From Gammaproteobacteria bacterium (GTDB lineage: Bacteria; Pseudomonadota; Gammaproteobacteria; Thiohalospirales; Thiohalospiraceae), in assembly GCA_029883105.1 (NCBI GenBank), contig JAOUJT010000001.1, forward strand, positions 3,035 through 67,034: a DNA stretch of 64,000 bases, in the 5' to 3' direction. Position numbers and translations under genes: made by a program. The notes beneath the pieces were generated by a model, which ran no database searches, had not been told where the DNA came from, and worked only from the letters and a program-made list of their open reading frames with translations. Positions 8,954 to 17,691 of this stretch are shown piece after piece; within the stretch, counting starts at the first letter, position 1, and every line of letters begins with the position of its first letter.

Positions 8954-9336
8954 TAGCTTATAATCAAGGAAATGGGCAAATTGCTATTTGCTCTCAAGTA
9001 TCCAGTGTGCCTGAGGGTGCTCAATATATTGAAACTCATGTAGCTCCCATGGATAAACTATTTCGATCAGCATGGAGACTAGGTGTTGATTCAATTGAGA
9101 CTGATCTGTCCGGAGCTAAAATAATTGCTCATAATATGCGTCGAGCAAAACGAGAGATTGACTTTGCGCCTTATGACGAAATTATTGCTAAGCAGATTCC
9201 AGGACATGATGCAATAGCTGCTGAAGCTGCTAGAGCTGATATACGAACAGCAGATGCGTTACTGCAAAGTAACATAGATGCTTGTTTGGACGAGAACACC
9301 CTACGGGGTGTAATAGAACCACTAATAACTGTATAG
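8950..9336 (+). CDS. hypothetical protein (possible fibre-associated)
   Basis: 128-aa ORF with start overlapping the fibre gene stop. No diagnostic motif. Confidence 0.5.
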   Translation: MIAYNQGNGQIAICSQVSSVPEGAQYIETHVAPMDKLFRSAWRLGVDSIETDLSGAKIIAHNMRRAKREIDFAPYDEIIAKQIPGHDAIAAEAARADIRTADALLQSNIDACLDENTLRGVIEPLITV

Positions 9337-9345
9337 GAAAATAAA

Positions 9346-9600
9346 ATGGCTTTAACAGAAACAAGAATACCAGATCGAGTAATAACTCTTGAAGATGGGC
9401 AAATCGAAATACGTTACGCTAATCGAATCTTTCGGAACGGTAACTACGTCACCACAGACTACGACGTCGAGCGTATCGATGTTGGCGAAGATGTGTCAGG
9501 GAAAGAAGCATTGGTTCGTGATGTAGTGAACGGAAACGTTTTCACCGCCGAGCGTATAGCAGCTAGACAGGCAGTCAAAGATGCTGAAGATCGGCAGTAG
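9346..9600 (+). CDS. hypothetical protein
   Basis: 84-aa ORF with ATG 9 nt after the previous stop. Confidence 0.5.
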   Translation: MALTETRIPDRVITLEDGQIEIRYANRIFRNGNYVTTDYDVERIDVGEDVSGKEALVRDVVNGNVFTAERIAARQAVKDAEDRQ

Positions 9601-9964
9601 TGTACTACTATGCTCTCTGATGGGGACAGTCCTAGCGGATGACCTAGGGATAGGCTTCATAGATCGGACGGTCCATCTTCAAAGTTCAGACTCTGTCTTG
9701 AATGAAAACCATCATGGTCTCTACCTACGCTACAAGAGACTACGAATAGGAGAATACCGAAATAGCTATAATATGCAAAGTAACCTGTTAAATTATGAAC
9801 TCAGTGAGCATTCAAATTATAGTACATTTGCAGGCATTGCTGATGGGTATCCTCAGAATAGACATCTCGGAGAGTACCGAATGATGTTCGGAGTAAGGGT
9901 TCGCCTAGGATTCTTGCGACTATTGATAACACCTGCTTTTATTGCGAGCAGTTACGAATTTTAG
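9581..9964 (+). CDS. small secreted protein with C-terminal aromatic signature
   Basis: Signal-peptide-like N-terminus MLKIGSSVLLCSLMGTVLA|DD. Alternating hydrophobic pattern; last residue is Phe (…SSYEF). Confidence 0.5.
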   Translation: MLKIGSSVLLCSLMGTVLADDLGIGFIDRTVHLQSSDSVLNENHHGLYLRYKRLRIGEYRNSYNMQSNLLNYELSEHSNYSTFAGIADGYPQNRHLGEYRMMFGVRVRLGFLRLLITPAFIASSYEF

Positions 9965-9972
9965 GAGAACCT

Positions 9973-10350
9973 ATGGTTATTGTATGTGACGATGACATTT
10001 CATGGTTAACCTTCTTCAGCACTTGTGCAGAGAATACATTTGAAGATCTTATAATGACACAGTCAGGGAACTCACTCCTTGAGGTGTTAGAAGCACGGGA
10101 AGAGCAACCTTGTCTTGTTTTTCTAGATTTGAATATGATTCGAAAGACAGGAATTGAAACGGCTATTGAAATTAAGAAAATAAATCCCACTATTCCTATA
10201 ATAGTGATGAGTGCAGACATAACAAGAGATAGACTCAATGACGTCTACAAAACAGGTCTACAGATGTTCCTTCGAAAGGAGTATAATGTAGAGTATTTCT
10301 CACGGAGGTTGGCTAGTATCAAGGAGACCTACCTCCACCACTGTCAATAA
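9973..10350 (+). CDS. stand-alone CheY-like response-regulator receiver domain protein
   Basis: AGGAGA RBS. Motifs: VIVCDDD (acidic pocket), LVFLDLNM (phospho-acceptor Asp at nt 10126-10128), IIVMSA (S/T), MFLRKE (Lys). 125 aa with no output domain. Confidence 0.8.
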   Translation: MVIVCDDDISWLTFFSTCAENTFEDLIMTQSGNSLLEVLEAREEQPCLVFLDLNMIRKTGIETAIEIKKINPTIPIIVMSADITRDRLNDVYKTGLQMFLRKEYNVEYFSRRLASIKETYLHHCQ

Positions 10351-10363
10351 GCAGGACGGCGAT

Positions 10364-10792
10364 ATGTTTGAGACCCTATTTTCTGAGGTTAATAATGAAA
10401 TCATAAAAACTATCGGAGTTGTACTGGTGGGTGTTGTTATTGTGTTCACCAAGAGCCTATATCGTCAAATTTTGAGGTTACAACTATATGTTTCTAGAAA
10501 ATGTGAAGAACGTCGACACGCTCGACTCAAGAAACTTGCAAAACTTCTATGGGATTTGTCTATGGAGGATCAAGTGATGAATGCTCTTGAAGCAGTACAG
10601 CATAACAACGATAGAGAACATGAAAGAGTACGTAAGGACGGTGCTCGGACACTTATGATTTTAGAAGGATTCTTGACGGATAACAAAGCGGAGAACGTCG
10701 AAATACGACAAGCTCTCCTTGAAATAAACCAAACGCAACGTGAAATAATGCGCCAACTTATGGCGGGTGTTGCAAACAAAGAGGCATATTAA
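10364..10792 (+). CDS. membrane-anchored coiled-coil protein
   Basis: N-terminal TM segment IIKTIGVVLVGVVIVF followed by a charged helical region. Confidence 0.5.
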   Translation: MFETLFSEVNNEIIKTIGVVLVGVVIVFTKSLYRQILRLQLYVSRKCEERRHARLKKLAKLLWDLSMEDQVMNALEAVQHNNDREHERVRKDGARTLMILEGFLTDNKAENVEIRQALLEINQTQREIMRQLMAGVANKEAY

Positions 10793-10797
10793 AAAGA

Positions 10798-10970
10798 TGA
10801 GTGCAGAACCATTAACTGTAAATGACTGTGAATTAATTGTACAGTTATTAGATCGAGTATCTATTACAGGACATCAAGAACGAGCGGCTATGAATCAAAC
10901 AGTCGACAAGATCTTACGTCTTCGAGAGAGTCTAGCAAATCCTCCCGAAATCCCTGATCCCGACGCCTAA
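10798..10970 (+). CDS. hypothetical protein (57 aa)
   Basis: ATG at 10798 after the previous stop. The track ORF start at 10767 overlaps the upstream gene. Confidence 0.45.
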
Positions 10971-10993
10971 AAGGGGGTGATCAAAATCTACTG

Positions 10994-11009
10994 TGGAGAG
11001 GCCTCTCCA
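10994..11009 (+). terminator. palindromic hairpin (weak terminator candidate)
   Basis: TGGAGAGGCCTCTCCA is a perfect palindrome followed by TCTCTTT. The U-tract is poor. Confidence 0.3.
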
Positions 11010-11036
11010 TCTCTTTAACAAACCAGGATTATTTAA

Positions 11037-11360
11037 ATGTCTGAACAAAAAGTAGCAATGCCGCAAGGTAAAATAAATCTAGAGGTGTCTACCTCTGATG
11101 AAAGTGACGTATCGCAGAAAGAGTCTAGCGATGCAATGAAGGCAATGGAAGCGCTGGAAGAAGCGAAAGCAGCAGAAGCAAAGGCAATTGAAGAAGCAGC
11201 TGCCAATGCGGAACCCTTCACAAGCTCTTTAGATCGAATCCCTTCGAATTGGCATATTGTCGCAGGTAAGTACAAGAAGACTGTCGATGCCACCAACGAA
11301 GTCACAGGTAATACCTTCAGTGGTCCTATCCGTGAATTTAATGCCAAGCTAAGAGGTTAA
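11037..11360 (+). CDS. acidic hypothetical protein
   Basis: 107-aa ORF directly upstream of the portal gene. Ala/Glu-rich. Confidence 0.5.
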   Translation: MSEQKVAMPQGKINLEVSTSDESDVSQKESSDAMKAMEALEEAKAAEAKAIEEAAANAEPFTSSLDRIPSNWHIVAGKYKKTVDATNEVTGNTFSGPIREFNAKLRG

Positions 11361-11364
11361 TCAA

Positions 11365-12975
11365 ATGACTGTAGCAAACGCCGCTGATGTCACCAGAACA
11401 GTAGCAGATCCTAACGCTGAATACCTATCAATGCGTGATATATGGGATCGAAACAGGGCTGTATGCGGCGGCGAGCGCTACGTAAAGGCCTTAGATCAAC
11501 GCTTAAGTCCTAGCATGCAAAACATGCTTATTCCTTTTTCCCCATCTATGACGCAGCCTCAATATGACTTCTATCGTTTAGAGGCTGAGTTACCTGGGAT
11601 TGTGTCTCAATTTTCAAAGATGTTGGTAGGAGGTCTTCTGCGCAAGACCCCTGTACTAACTCTACCTGACGACATGCCTGAAGGTGTCCGTGAGGAGGCT
11701 CACGACTGGATCATGAATAGCTTCACCCAGGACAATTCATCAATCACATCCTTTCTAGACACCGCCTTGTGGGAAGAGATTCAAACAGGACGTGCCTGGG
11801 TATATGTAGATTATCCTTTTGTTGAAGATGCAGATTCACTTACAAATGCAGACTTCAGAGAACTTGCTCCATTTCCTATCCTATGGAAGCCTGAAGAGAT
11901 TGTGAACTGGAAACTTGGAAAGGATGAGAAAGGAAATGCAGTCCTAAAACAGATCATTGTACGGACACTAGTCGAACAGTATGGTGATACTGAAGACACT
12001 GAATTTCATCCTACATTTAAAGATACAGTTTATGTTCATGAACTCGACAGCGTCGGATATTATCAGATTCGCGTATTCGAAAGAGCTGATGATGTACAAG
12101 ACGCACCGGTCGTTAATGGAAATCCCTACAAGAAACAATCCGATAGTAAGGTGGCTTTTCCTCTTGTAGACACGATCACTGGGATCAAAGCAAATGGCGA
12201 ACGTTTGACACGAATCCCTGCATGGCCTCTTAATGGTAGCATGAAGATTACTGATCCAATCATTTCCGCTATCGTAGACAAAGAAATCAGTCTATATAAT
12301 AAAATCAGTCGCCGTAATCACTTACTATATGGTGCTGCTACATACACTCCTGTGATATTCTCCGACATGGGTGAAAAAGAGTTCGACGAAATTGTAGCGA
12401 GTGGACTGGGAAGTTGGCTGCGGTTACCTATGGAGGCTAAAGTAGAGGTTCTAAAGACTCCTACAGATGCTCTGAAAGATATGGAGAAAGCGATTGCAAG
12501 TGCTATTGAAGAGATGGCACGCTTAGGGATTCGTATGTTAAGTCCTGAGACTGCTCAATCAGGGATTGCTCTTGAGATTCGGAATGCTGCCCAGACTGCT
12601 CAGCTAGGCTCCTTAAATAACAAGGTGTCTGCGATCATGTCTAAGATTATTGCTTTTATGCTGAATTGGCGGTATGATTTAGAATTGACAGATTCTGATG
12701 TTGAATTTGACCTTTCATCTGACTTTAATCCCATCCCACTAGGTGCTGACTGGATTAGACTAGCAACAGAATGGTATGAGAACGGTCTACTTCCACGTAG
12801 CGTTTGGCTTCAGATTCTGAAACAGAATGACATTGTCTCTCCTGACTATGATGATGAAGACGGTCAGACAGAGATTATTGAAGACGACCTGATACAAGGT
12901 CAGGCGAAGGCCGAAAATGAAGATATCCAAGATCAACTTGACAAAGAACTGGAAGATGAAGATTTAGATGCCTAA
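11365..12975 (+). CDS. portal protein
   Basis: 536 aa. N-terminal pattern IWDRNRAVCGGERYVKA...QYDFYRLEAELPGIV...LVGGLLRKTP resembles the DUF4055-type portal signature. Acidic C-terminus; followed by the MuF-domain gene. Confidence 0.75.
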   Translation: MTVANAADVTRTVADPNAEYLSMRDIWDRNRAVCGGERYVKALDQRLSPSMQNMLIPFSPSMTQPQYDFYRLEAELPGIVSQFSKMLVGGLLRKTPVLTLPDDMPEGVREEAHDWIMNSFTQDNSSITSFLDTALWEEIQTGRAWVYVDYPFVEDADSLTNADFRELAPFPILWKPEEIVNWKLGKDEKGNAVLKQIIVRTLVEQYGDTEDTEFHPTFKDTVYVHELDSVGYYQIRVFERADDVQDAPVVNGNPYKKQSDSKVAFPLVDTITGIKANGERLTRIPAWPLNGSMKITDPIISAIVDKEISLYNKISRRNHLLYGAATYTPVIFSDMGEKEFDEIVASGLGSWLRLPMEAKVEVLKTPTDALKDMEKAIASAIEEMARLGIRMLSPETAQSGIALEIRNAAQTAQLGSLNNKVSAIMSKIIAFMLNWRYDLELTDSDVEFDLSSDFNPIPLGADWIRLATEWYENGLLPRSVWLQILKQNDIVSPDYDDEDGQTEIIEDDLIQGQAKAENEDIQDQLDKELEDEDLDA

Positions 12976-15900
12976 TGTAAATACAGCGATCTATGATGGT
13001 AAAGTAGATCGCGCTGCTATGCTACGCCTGTACGAACAGAATACCCATGGAAAGATAGAAGCTGTCTTTGATGGTCATGTAGTTCGTCTAGATAAGCTAG
13101 TGAAGAAGTCTAAAATTAATTCAAAGACTTTCAAAGACTTTCAAAAGAATCTTGATATCGAATTGAAGAAGACCTACAAGGAAGCCTTTAGTGTTTCTAA
13201 AAGGTCACTGCTTGACATGGCAGCAGATCAAATGTCGTTTACATACCAGAATTTAGATGCTGCATTAAGTAAGGTGTGGCGCACAAAGAGACCCCAAAGA
13301 CGTATCTCTGAAGATATTGTCTTAAAACAACCACTCTACGAGAATAGAACTCTTGAGATGGGTTGGAAAGGGGTCTCTAAAAACGAACGAAAAAGACTTG
13401 CGCAAGTGATTCGTAAAGGTATTGCAGACGGTGATACCGAAGAGATCATCGCCAGGAATATCAGAAGAGGCAATGTTCATAAAATAACCCGTAATCAATC
13501 GCGATCGTTAGTGACCACTGCAATGACGAGTGTTAATGCTCAGGTCGATCATAGTGTCTATGTCGAGAATGAAAAAGCACTTCAGGGTTGGCAGTATGTA
13601 GCTGTTCTTGACTCAAGTACTACACAGATATGTGCCTCCCGTGATGGTAAGATATATGGCGTCGATGACACAGCGTACCTCCCTCCTGCTCATTGGCAGT
13701 GTCGTTCGACAATAATCCCTGTGGTTAAGAAGTGGGAAGATCTTGCAAGTCTAGAGAGCGTTGCTCAGCTGCGTAGAAGAAATATGGCAAAACTAAGCCC
13801 TGCTCAGATAGCTAGATACGATGGCCAGACGCCTCTGAAAGAAACATATAATGCCTGGCTCCTGAGACAGCCTTCAAAGATCCAATATACGCATCTAGGT
13901 GATTGGCAGAAAGTAGACCTTTTTAACAAAGGGAAGATACATCTTTCTAAATTTACTTCTCCGGACGGTAAAACATTAGGGATTCGTCAATTGCGTCGGA
14001 TGACAGATTCTGAGTATGCACCTCCAACAGGTTCTCAACGTTTTGCATTAGCAAAGGAAAAACTAGATGCGATGAATCTTGGTGCTATCTCTCCTGATGA
14101 TTTTATAAACGACCGTAAGATGACAAACACCCTAAAGAATTTCTACATTCTTCAATCAAAAGAATTGGACGGTACTTTATCACTTACTAACTATAGAGGA
14201 AATCTCATAGGAACAAAGAGAGCACAGAAACGAAGAGTGCTTACAAGACCTCCCAGAGAAGAACAGGTGATTTTCAATCCGGTCACAGGTCGTTATGAAG
14301 ATTCAAGAATGTTTCAGCCAACACCTTCTGTTCTCGTGAACAATATGAGGCTTGTGAATGAGAGTAGTATTCTTAAGGTCGCAGATAAAGAATACATCGA
14401 TCGTTTTATTGGAAGTCTCTCTGAGTATATGAGTGTAAATGAAAGAGCTGTCGTGGCTGATAATCTGAGAATTCTCTTCACAAGATATCGAAAGAACCCC
14501 GAGAATTGGGTTAACTTTAAAGCCATTTCACAAGCACAGATTAAGTTTGACGTAATGAATGTCTCTGACACAATCGAGACACAGCTCAGAAGCGATGCGA
14601 ATCTACTGAAGAAGCTTAAGCAGGATAATTACATTGACCCTGTCCTAGGTCCTGTTACCTTTGAAGATCTTGACAAACACTTCATAAGTAATATATTAGA
14701 ACGTAATAAATGGGAAGATCGTATTGCTCCTAAAATCTCAGAGGAACTCCGTGACGTTTTCGATCACAACATACCATTTAAAATACGAAGACGTTTGAGT
14801 GATTCAAATTTACAGCAGTTCTATCTAAAATTTGCACATAGACTTTCTCTGGCAGACAGTCCTGATGTAGACCAGCTAGCGGCTGCTTTAGGTCGTGATC
14901 TGTACAATCTTGCGAACTATAATGGCAATCGTCGACAATGGTATGACCTAGGTAAGAAACTTTTAGAGTCGAATAATAAATTCTTCGAACTAGAAACCTT
15001 TGGAGTTCAGAAAAGACGTATGAAAAGTAGAATGAGTGGTCAGCTATTTGGACCTTATTACGACACGTTCTCTTACAACATTCGCATCACAGACCCTCGT
15101 ATCCAGAGGTATTCTCAGCTAAATAGAAAGATTGAGGTAGGTCTCAGGATCGGTGTCACAGATGTCGGTAATCGACTGGTCTTTCGAGAAGGTTATAAAA
15201 CGTACTTCATCAAAAACCGTCTTGGCCTCTACACAGACACTCGGATACCAATTACGTCAACAAGCAGTTTTATGGACTTTCCAGAAGGTCTTATAGACAA
15301 AGAAATGGCCGCATCTTTGAACTGGGCAGCTAAGACTGAGTATCGAATCGATGAGGACTTCTACGACTCGATCATGCATATAATGAACTTCACAGACGAT
15401 AAAGGTAAGGCAAAATACTTCGATGATATAAACGAGTACCGTAAATATATAGCAGCTAGAGGTGATGCGTATGAAAGATTTAAAGCGATGGAGTGGTTTC
15501 GTAAGAGAGGAGTTGCTTTTAGTAATCATCCTTTTGTTGACCACCGTGTGCGTATCTATGACCGTGGCTTTATCGGTCCTCAGTCTGGTGAAACTTTTAG
15601 ACCTTTCCTGAATACTGCCAAGGAGAAAGTCTTAGGCATCGATAACTTTAGAAATCTGCAAGATCAAATTGGAGCTTTCTTAGGAGGTCTCGATGACTAT
15701 TTTGAAGGTCGTTATAACTCTCTAAGTGTGACAGGGCGACAGAAGATTGCAATAAAATGGCGTAAAGAGCTGGTTACTATTGGAAATCATATGATACGAA
15801 ATAAGCCAAATGATGTCCGTAAGATTCTTCAGTCAGACATGGTGGCTAGAATCGAAGGTGAAGAATTAGGTAAGTTTCTCAGATTCGCAATTGAAGTTGC

Positions 15901-17587
15901 TAAGATAGATAATTATCTAGACGGTGTCTATAACAAAACCTCTCTTCAAAAGCTTTCTAAATACAAGACAGCTCTCGCTCTTGAACAAGACGCATCGTCT
16001 TCAGGTGCCCAGATCATTGCGCTAACCACACGAAATAAGCAATTAGCAGAGCTTAGTAATGTTGTCCCTACAAACCAGAAACGACGACTCTACGACGAAA
16101 TAGCAGCTGCCACGTTCAACGATCCAGCGTTTAGAAAACTAAATGAGAAGTTTGGACTTACTGAGAAAGATTTACGCAAGGCTGCGAAGGCTCAGAACAT
16201 GGTAACCTTTTATGGAGCAGGAGAGAAGACAGGGATTCTGAACGTTGAAGGTAAATTGGCAAAAGTTCTTGAGAGACAACCTGGTACTCTCGTTGTGAAG
16301 GCCTCTGATCGCGACGTTGTCCTCAGTGAGATATCAGCACGCATTGCTCGTTATGAACGCTTTGATCCTGCTATTGCTGAAGAATTGAAAGTCCTTAGAA
16401 GCAATGTACGTGACATATTCAACAAAGGTCTTCATGTAGGGGATGACATCATGGAAGACTTATATTTCTTGGACCCCGCGACCAAAGATCTGGTGTTACA
16501 AATGACGCAAAACTACACAAAGGTCGTAACCCCTGATGATTTTCGGCAGATTGCTAAGATTATGAGTATGCATCTTGGCGAACAGGTTCCTATCTTGAAA
16601 GACTTTACAAAATATTTAGGGCGACTGGGTGAAGACTTTCTCATCAACGCTAAACCTTCTAAGAGTAGTTTTTCCTGGAAAGGTATTTTAAAGGAGCGGT
16701 TATTTGGTTCATCCCGTGATGGTTATAAGCTGTCGAAAGAAACCAGTAAGCTTCTGGGACTCCCTGCAAACACAGCTATCTCAAAGCAGATTCTGAGTAA
16801 GTTTGGCTTCTGGCGTCCTAATGGAACTCTCAGCCAGCTACTCTATGGAGTAAAGGATCCAGGAGATCGCAGAATAGGAGCTAAGTATTTCAAGATTCAA
16901 ATAACAAAATTTAAGAAAATCTTTTCAATCGAAGTTTTCAAAGCCAACAGATTGCCTAAAAGGTGGACAAACATCCCCTGGAAGAACTTCGATGGGAAGA
17001 CAATTGAGCAGAACTTTACGCAGACCTTCGAAGAGCGTCTGTTGTATAGAGATAAGGACGGTAACTGGGTTACGAATATTCTTCAAGTACCTCAAAAGAC
17101 GCAGGCGACTTGGTGGGAACAAATTCTCAATGATGCAGGAAATATTGACGATATTGCTGATGCTACAAAGGCTAGAACTGCCTATGCTGTAAATGGGAAT
17201 CACTCCAATGATGCTGTGATTGTCAAGCGATTCCATTTGTGGGGTAAGTCTGAAGATGTTCCTACTTCTACAATTCATGACGCTTTCTTTACTAATATCG
17301 CGGATATGTTAAAAGCACGGTCGGCTCTGCGTAAAATATATGCTGATGCTATGAAAACAAATGTTATAAAAGCAACTCTAGATGAGATGTTAGCGAGAGG
17401 TCTCCCTCGTGCACTTTATGACAAGTATTTGAATGAAGCCATTGAAATAGGCCTTATCCCTGTACCAGGAAGGTCTCGAGTAGGCGGCAAGCTACTAAAA
17501 GATACCGACATATTAAACTCTGAAGACATCTTAAAGAAGGTTAATGAAGTCTTTCAGGAAGATGCTTATTGGTACGGCGTGGGGTAA
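12968..17587 (+). CDS. minor head protein (MuF / SPP1 gp7 domain) fused to a T7-type single-subunit RNA polymerase domain; putative virion RNAP
   Basis: MuF signature GWQYVAVLDSSTTQICASRDGKIY...PPAHWQCRSTIIPV. RNAP motifs in canonical order: DHRVRIY..GPQSGETFRPFL, LEQDASSSGAQ (motif A), RKAAKAQNMVTFYGAG (motif B), TIHDAFFT (motif C). Confidence 0.85.
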   Translation: MPNVNTAIYDGKVDRAAMLRLYEQNTHGKIEAVFDGHVVRLDKLVKKSKINSKTFKDFQKNLDIELKKTYKEAFSVSKRSLLDMAADQMSFTYQNLDAALSKVWRTKRPQRRISEDIVLKQPLYENRTLEMGWKGVSKNERKRLAQVIRKGIADGDTEEIIARNIRRGNVHKITRNQSRSLVTTAMTSVNAQVDHSVYVENEKALQGWQYVAVLDSSTTQICASRDGKIYGVDDTAYLPPAHWQCRSTIIPVVKKWEDLASLESVAQLRRRNMAKLSPAQIARYDGQTPLKETYNAWLLRQPSKIQYTHLGDWQKVDLFNKGKIHLSKFTSPDGKTLGIRQLRRMTDSEYAPPTGSQRFALAKEKLDAMNLGAISPDDFINDRKMTNTLKNFYILQSKELDGTLSLTNYRGNLIGTKRAQKRRVLTRPPREEQVIFNPVTGRYEDSRMFQPTPSVLVNNMRLVNESSILKVADKEYIDRFIGSLSEYMSVNERAVVADNLRILFTRYRKNPENWVNFKAISQAQIKFDVMNVSDTIETQLRSDANLLKKLKQDNYIDPVLGPVTFEDLDKHFISNILERNKWEDRIAPKISEELRDVFDHNIPFKIRRRLSDSNLQQFYLKFAHRLSLADSPDVDQLAAALGRDLYNLANYNGNRRQWYDLGKKLLESNNKFFELETFGVQKRRMKSRMSGQLFGPYYDTFSYNIRITDPRIQRYSQLNRKIEVGLRIGVTDVGNRLVFREGYKTYFIKNRLGLYTDTRIPITSTSSFMDFPEGLIDKEMAASLNWAAKTEYRIDEDFYDSIMHIMNFTDDKGKAKYFDDINEYRKYIAARGDAYERFKAMEWFRKRGVAFSNHPFVDHRVRIYDRGFIGPQSGETFRPFLNTAKEKVLGIDNFRNLQDQIGAFLGGLDDYFEGRYNSLSVTGRQKIAIKWRKELVTIGNHMIRNKPNDVRKILQSDMVARIEGEELGKFLRFAIEVAKIDNYLDGVYNKTSLQKLSKYKTALALEQDASSSGAQIIALTTRNKQLAELSNVVPTNQKRRLYDEIAAATFNDPAFRKLNEKFGLTEKDLRKAAKAQNMVTFYGAGEKTGILNVEGKLAKVLERQPGTLVVKASDRDVVLSEISARIARYERFDPAIAEELKVLRSNVRDIFNKGLHVGDDIMEDLYFLDPATKDLVLQMTQNYTKVVTPDDFRQIAKIMSMHLGEQVPILKDFTKYLGRLGEDFLINAKPSKSSFSWKGILKERLFGSSRDGYKLSKETSKLLGLPANTAISKQILSKFGFWRPNGTLSQLLYGVKDPGDRRIGAKYFKIQITKFKKIFSIEVFKANRLPKRWTNIPWKNFDGKTIEQNFTQTFEERLLYRDKDGNWVTNILQVPQKTQATWWEQILNDAGNIDDIADATKARTAYAVNGNHSNDAVIVKRFHLWGKSEDVPTSTIHDAFFTNIADMLKARSALRKIYADAMKTNVIKATLDEMLARGLPRALYDKYLNEAIEIGLIPVPGRSRVGGKLLKDTDILNSEDILKKVNEVFQEDAYWYGVG

Positions 17588-17593
17588 TAGAAC

Positions 17594-17608
17594 CCCGTTA
17601 AATTAACC
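17594..17608 (+). promoter_or_regulatory. class-1 conserved motif CCCGTTAAATTAACC
   Basis: Exact copy of the 1034-1048 15-mer. Lies in the gap between the MuF-RNAP stop and the scaffold gene. Confidence 0.5.
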
Positions 17609-17691
17609 CTGTTATTTAGTGTAACAAGAGTCTTAACAATTAAACGTGTTGCTGTGCGACACATAAATGAGCTGTGCTCAGGAAAAGAAAG

